From positions 44,252-64,251 of the forward strand of contig JAXLQJ010000045.1 of assembly GCA_046331705.1 (NCBI GenBank): a stretch of 20,000 nucleotides of DNA, given 5' to 3'. The first letter of the stretch is position 1. The number at the start of each line of letters is the position of its first letter. A model generated the notes under the pieces. It saw only the letters and a list, made by a program, of their open reading frames with translations. It did not search any database and was not told where the DNA came from. A program made the translations under genes and the position numbers. Below, in pieces: positions 16,097 through 20,000 of the stretch. Origin of the DNA: a bacterium (GTDB taxonomy: Bacteria > JADJOY01).

Positions 16097-17443
16097 TCAG
16101 GCGTTCACGGCGCGGGGGGCGGGGGCGTCGGGCTGGTCCTCTTCGGCGGCAGCGGCCTCGTCGCCCACCGGCAGCGTGACCACGAACGTGGCACCGGGGC
16201 CCGGCTCGGAATCGATCACCCGGATGTGGCCGCCGTGCTCTTCGACGATGCGGAAGGCGATGGAGAGGCCGAGTCCCGTTCCTTGGCCCACGTCCCGCGT
16301 GGTGTAGAACGGATCGAAGACCTTCGATTTCACGCCGTCCGCGATCCCGGGACCGTTGTCGATCACCCGGATCTCGATCATCCCGTCGGCGGCGCGCGAG
16401 GTCTGCAGCCGCAGCGAGCCGCGGCCATCGATCCCCGTCATCGCCTGGATGGCGTTGGTGCAGAGGTTGGCGAGCACCTGCGAGATCTGCCCCACGTCGA
16501 GCCAGGCCTCCGGCAGGCGCGGATCGAGCTCGGCGGCGAACGACACGCGCGCGATGCCCACCTCGTGCACCAGATGCTCGAGGGTGCTCTCCACGATCGC
16601 GTTCACGTCCACCCAGGTGCGATCCGGCTTGTGCAATCCCGCGAACGTCGTGAGCTTGGCCACGATCGCCTTGGCGCGCGCCCCGGCTCGCGCGATGTGC
16701 TCGAGGTGGCTGCGCACCACCGGCTCCAAGCTGGGCCGCGCGCTCAAGAGTTCCGCGAACCCGAGGATCCCGGTGAGCGGATTGTTGAGCTCGTGGGCGA
16801 GACCCGCGACCAGCATCCCCACCGCCGAGAGCTTCTCGTGCTGGACGATCTGCTCCTCGGCGGCGCGTAGTCGGTCGTAGGCTTCCTGGGTCTCCGCCAC
16901 CTGTCGCGCGAGCGCTTCCTCGGCGCGCTTGCGCTCGCTCACGTCCTGGACGGTGCCCTCGTAATAGAGCAAGCGGCCGCGCGCGTCGCGCACGGCGCGC
17001 GCGTGCTCCGAGATCCAGATCACCGTGCCGTCGCGACGACGGATCTGCGACTCGAAAGCGCTCACCGAGTCCTTCTCGGCCAAGCGTCGCTTGAACTCGG
17101 ATCGCCGCTCGGCGTCGACGTAGATCTGGGTGCCGATGTCGGAGATGCCGGCGAGCAGATCGGAGGCTTTCTCGTAGCCGTACATCCGCGCCAACGCCGG
17201 GTTCGCGTACAGATAGTGGCCGTCGGGCGTGGTCTGGAAGATGCCCTCGACGGCGTTCTCGAAGGCGCTGCGGAACTTCGCCTCGGCGCGCTCCAGCGCG
17301 CGCTTGAGCGCCTCCTGGCGGCGCTTCTCGCGAGGGCGCACGCGCTGCGCGCGACGCATGCGATCGGCGTTCTTGCGATCGGCGCGGGGTGATGCGGGAG
17401 TCGGGAGAGCTCGAGAGCGGGTGCCGCGGTTCGTGGAGGTCAT
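16097..17443 (-). CDS. Cytoplasmic PAS/PAC sensor histidine kinase (NtrB-like HisKA-HATPase)
   Basis: PAS 'FRSAFENAVEGIFQTTPDG...ANPALARMYGY...YYEGTVQDVSERKRAE'. H-box 'LAHELNNPL', N-box 'NLCTNA', G1 'DNGPG', F-box 'FDPFYTT', G2 'GTGLGL'. GGAGG at 17456-17460. Confidence 0.95.
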   Translation of the reverse strand: MTSTNRGTRSRALPTPASPRADRKNADRMRRAQRVRPREKRRQEALKRALERAEAKFRSAFENAVEGIFQTTPDGHYLYANPALARMYGYEKASDLLAGISDIGTQIYVDAERRSEFKRRLAEKDSVSAFESQIRRRDGTVIWISEHARAVRDARGRLLYYEGTVQDVSERKRAEEALARQVAETQEAYDRLRAAEEQIVQHEKLSAVGMLVAGLAHELNNPLTGILGFAELLSARPSLEPVVRSHLEHIARAGARAKAIVAKLTTFAGLHKPDRTWVDVNAIVESTLEHLVHEVGIARVSFAAELDPRLPEAWLDVGQISQVLANLCTNAIQAMTGIDGRGSLRLQTSRAADGMIEIRVIDNGPGIADGVKSKVFDPFYTTRDVGQGTGLGLSIAFRIVEEHGGHIRVIDSEPGPGATFVVTLPVGDEAAAAEEDQPDAPAPRAVNA

Positions 17444-17467
17444 CGACGTTTCATTCCTCCCGTGCCG

Positions 17468-19699
17468 TCACGAGTACATCACATCCGGCCACAGCGTGTC
17501 GGTGATCGCACGGCGCGCCGACTCGCGTTTCCAATACTCGGACTCGAGATCGAGCGGCGCGGCGGTCGCCACCAGCGCGCGCAGCTCGGCCTCGAGCACC
17601 CCCACCACCGCGGGGTCCTCGACGATCGCGTTCACCTCGCGCTCCCAGTAGGACGCGGTGGCATCGAGGTTCGCCGAGCCCACGCTCGCCACCTCTCCGT
17701 CGGCGGTCACGACCTTCGCGTGGACGTAAGGCCGGACCGCGCCACCGCGCGCGACGAGGTACGGGCGCGGCCCGATCTGGACCTCGTAGACGTGCACGCC
17801 GCCGCGGATCAGCGGCTCGAATCGGCGCTTCGACATGTACTCGAAGAGCTCGCGGTGGATCGGGCCCTTGAAGAACGTGCCATCGGCGCGGCGTGGGATC
17901 GCGCAGCCGGTCAGGAAGTCGACGCGTACGCCGCGCTCGACCGCGCGCTTGAGCGCGGCGGCGAGCGTCGCCAGCACCGGGAAATCGTTCAGGATCAGCA
18001 GATGGTGGCGAGCGCCGAGGATGATCGCCTCGTAACCGAGCAGCGCGTTGGCGTCGGCGAGCCCGTCGTGGTGCACGATCCGCGCGCGCGACGAGCCCAC
18101 TCGCGCGAGCGGCGGATACACCGCTTCGTCCTCGTCGACCTCGGCGCCGCGGTTGCGGCGCCAGTTCTCGAGGAACACGCGCTGCACCTCGGCGACCAGC
18201 GGCCCGCGGATCTCGAGGTGCGCATCGAGCCAGGGGATGCGCTCGTGGGACGTCGTGTCGAGGATCGCGACCTCGTCGAAGCCCTCGTAGTACTCGTCGC
18301 CCGCGTTGCGGCCGCTCACGAAGGCGATCGCTCCGTCGACGATCACGAGCTTGCGGTGGTCGCGCTGCTTGAGGCGCACCGCGTCCACACCCTCGGCGAG
18401 CGTGATCGGATCGCTCGCCAGCACCTCCACGTTGGGCTCGCCGCTCAAGGCCTTGATGGAGGCGTTCTGCAGCCCGAGGACTTCCTGCCCGGAATAGAGC
18501 GCGTCGACCACGAAGCGCACACGCACTCCGCGACGCGCCGCGAGCACCAGCCGAGCCAGCAGCTGATCGGCGAAACGGCCTTCCCTGAGGATGTAGAACT
18601 GCGCGTGGATGGTGCGCTCGGCGCGCTCGACGGCGGCGAAGACCGCCTCGCGTGCGGCGCGATTGTCGAGCTCGCAGCGAATCTCGTTGCCTTCCACCAG
18701 GCGGCTGCCGGTCATGATGTCGAGGTTGCGCGTGAAGCGCACCTCGCGGCCGGCGGCATCGCGTTCCCGAACCATGCGCGTGGCGCGCGCGGCCAGCTCG
18801 CCGAGACGCTCCTCGTCCAAGAGGCTTTCCAGGTGCTCGAACGGCACCGCGGTGACGCCCCCCACCGACTCGAACGCGTCCACGCGCGCCGGGTCCACGA
18901 CGGCGAGCACCACCGGCACGCCGAGCGCGCGCACGCGACGCAGCGTGCTGGCGGCGAAGATGTGCGCGAAATCGACCTGCAACGTGGGGAATCCGAGGTC
19001 CTCCGCGGGGTGGACGAGCGTGGCGCCGGCGGGCAACGCCTCGCGTTCCACGATGGCGCGCAGATCGAGGGTGCGATCGAGCTCGTGGAGGTCGACGTAA
19101 CAGAGCGCCCAGCCGCGGCGTGCCAGCTCGCGCAGCGGCTCCAGCGCCTCGCCCTGCGCGGAAACCAGCAGGCTCGCGTCGATGGCGGCCACGGGCTGAG
19201 CGGCGACCACCTGCAGCAGCCCGTACTCGCCCGGCTCGAGCGGCCGCAGGACGCGGCCCTTGCCCGAGAGCACCTCGTACGTGACGCGCTTCAACCCGGG
19301 CTTGGCCGGCACGTAGCTCAGGTGGGCGAGACCGCGCTCGTCGGTGCGCGCCTCGCCGACAGCGACGCCGTCGACGAGGAATCGCACGCTGCGGTCCGCC
19401 AGATCGGGGCCACCGCGATAGAGCGCCTCGACCTTGACCGAGAGCACGACCTCGAAGCCCGCTGCCGCGATGCGGTCGCGCCCCGATTCCTGCACGAAGC
19501 GCAGCAGGCTGCGGCCGCCGCGCCATTGCTCGACGGCCTCCGTGACCCTGCGCACGGCTTCGTCGAAGGGGCGCTCGGCGACTCCCGCGTCGAGCCGAAC
19601 CGAGGTGTCCGTGTCTTCCGGCGGCGTGGCTGCGGCGTCCCGTGTGAGGACGCGCAGCACCTCGCTGATGCGGTCGGCCAGGTTCCGCTCAGCAGGCAT
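17468..19699 (-). CDS. Phospholipase D superfamily / cardiolipin synthase-like protein with long N-terminal extension
   Basis: Two HKD motifs, 'DHRKLVIVDG..AFVSGRN' and 'VHAKVVTADG..ASVGSANLD', plus 'WLDAHLEIRGP'. The likely start is ATG 19699 (MPAERN), giving 743 aa. Confidence 0.88.
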   Translation of the reverse strand: MPAERNLADRISEVLRVLTRDAAATPPEDTDTSVRLDAGVAERPFDEAVRRVTEAVEQWRGGRSLLRFVQESGRDRIAAAGFEVVLSVKVEALYRGGPDLADRSVRFLVDGVAVGEARTDERGLAHLSYVPAKPGLKRVTYEVLSGKGRVLRPLEPGEYGLLQVVAAQPVAAIDASLLVSAQGEALEPLRELARRGWALCYVDLHELDRTLDLRAIVEREALPAGATLVHPAEDLGFPTLQVDFAHIFAASTLRRVRALGVPVVLAVVDPARVDAFESVGGVTAVPFEHLESLLDEERLGELAARATRMVRERDAAGREVRFTRNLDIMTGSRLVEGNEIRCELDNRAAREAVFAAVERAERTIHAQFYILREGRFADQLLARLVLAARRGVRVRFVVDALYSGQEVLGLQNASIKALSGEPNVEVLASDPITLAEGVDAVRLKQRDHRKLVIVDGAIAFVSGRNAGDEYYEGFDEVAILDTTSHERIPWLDAHLEIRGPLVAEVQRVFLENWRRNRGAEVDEDEAVYPPLARVGSSRARIVHHDGLADANALLGYEAIILGARHHLLILNDFPVLATLAAALKRAVERGVRVDFLTGCAIPRRADGTFFKGPIHRELFEYMSKRRFEPLIRGGVHVYEVQIGPRPYLVARGGAVRPYVHAKVVTADGEVASVGSANLDATASYWEREVNAIVEDPAVVGVLEAELRALVATAAPLDLESEYWKRESARRAITDTLWPDVMYS

Positions 19700-19776
19700 G
19701 TTCGTCGATCCAACCAGTCGCGTTCCAGAACCGTTGCGGTCTCCCCGCAGTGTAGCGCGTACGACGCAGCGCGTTA

Positions 19777-19920
19777 ACAGCGCTGCCGAGAAACTCGCCG
19801 TCACGAGCCCTGCGAGCCCACCGCTGCTTCCTCGGGGTCTGTTCCGGCCCCCCGCCCCACCGAGTCGACTCGCTACGCTCGTCGGCGCGCCTCGGACGCG
19901 TGCCCTTCTCAGCAGCCTGT
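19777..19920. mobile_element. Putative MITE/REP-like non-autonomous element with imperfect terminal inverted repeats
   Basis: The left end is ACAGCGCTGCCGAGAA (19777-19792) and the reverse complement of the right end (19906-19920) is ACAGGCTGCTGAGAA. Internal 19861-19886 matches 16061-16086 at 23/26. Confidence 0.5.
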
Positions 19921-20000
19921 CGACCGGCATCGCGAGCCGACCCCGCCTCGCCGCACGCTGGGTGCCCGTCGCGCGCCGACGCGGCGCGGCGGTGAAGGCG

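Noticed and set aside
11668..16179. 1503-aa plus-strand ORF and other long shadow ORFs (3832..6630, 9131..11506, 17462..19777, 1601..3700, 17451..19526)
   Set aside because: They lie antisense or off-frame to well-supported genes and have no recognisable motifs. Such ORFs are expected from stop-codon scarcity in very GC-rich DNA.
15702..16307. Small ORFs with repeated peptides across the tandem repeat
   Set aside because: All frames show the repeat because the DNA is repeated. There is no RBS or protein-like signal, and the palindromic structure favours a non-coding element.
17468..19699. PLD-nuclease anti-phage defence system
   Set aside because: The two HKD motifs with cls-type context (SGRN, GSANLD, W.D.H..I.GP) fit lipid-acting enzymes. 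No helicase, methylase or other defence genes are nearby.
19700..19930. N-terminal 77-aa extension of the PLD ORF to 19930
   Set aside because: It runs through the MITE/REP-like element and has low-complexity sequence. ATG 19699 is the more plausible start.

Overview
Very GC-rich bacterial chromosomal segment, densely coding, with no rRNA, tRNA, CRISPR array, integrase or transposase. The gene content looks Myxococcota/deltaproteobacterial-like (inference). Left to right: the 3' end of an FAD-dependent oxidoreductase and an ECF41/SigJ-type sigma factor (+). Then a long co-directional minus-strand block containing a MenB/BadI-like crotonase, a degenerate hybrid sensor kinase coupled to a large glycosidase-fold-like lipoprotein, an aldehyde dehydrogenase, a KirBac K+ channel, an RHH/VapC toxin-antitoxin pair with its own leaderless promoter, pyruvate kinase, and a DUF3015 + DUF4105 (Lnb-like) pair. 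Then a divergent membrane protein with tandem winged-helix-like repeats (+), a ~160-bp structured tandem repeat, an intact PAS histidine kinase (-), a PLD/cardiolipin-synthase-like protein with an unusual N-terminal extension (-), and a small MITE/REP-like element. The most notable signals are the apparent pseudo-histidine kinase near an intact paralog, the HAD/LNS2-like + PLD fusion, the DUF3015/DUF4105 envelope module, and the repeat family found at two loci. All family assignments come from motif recognition by eye, not database searches.
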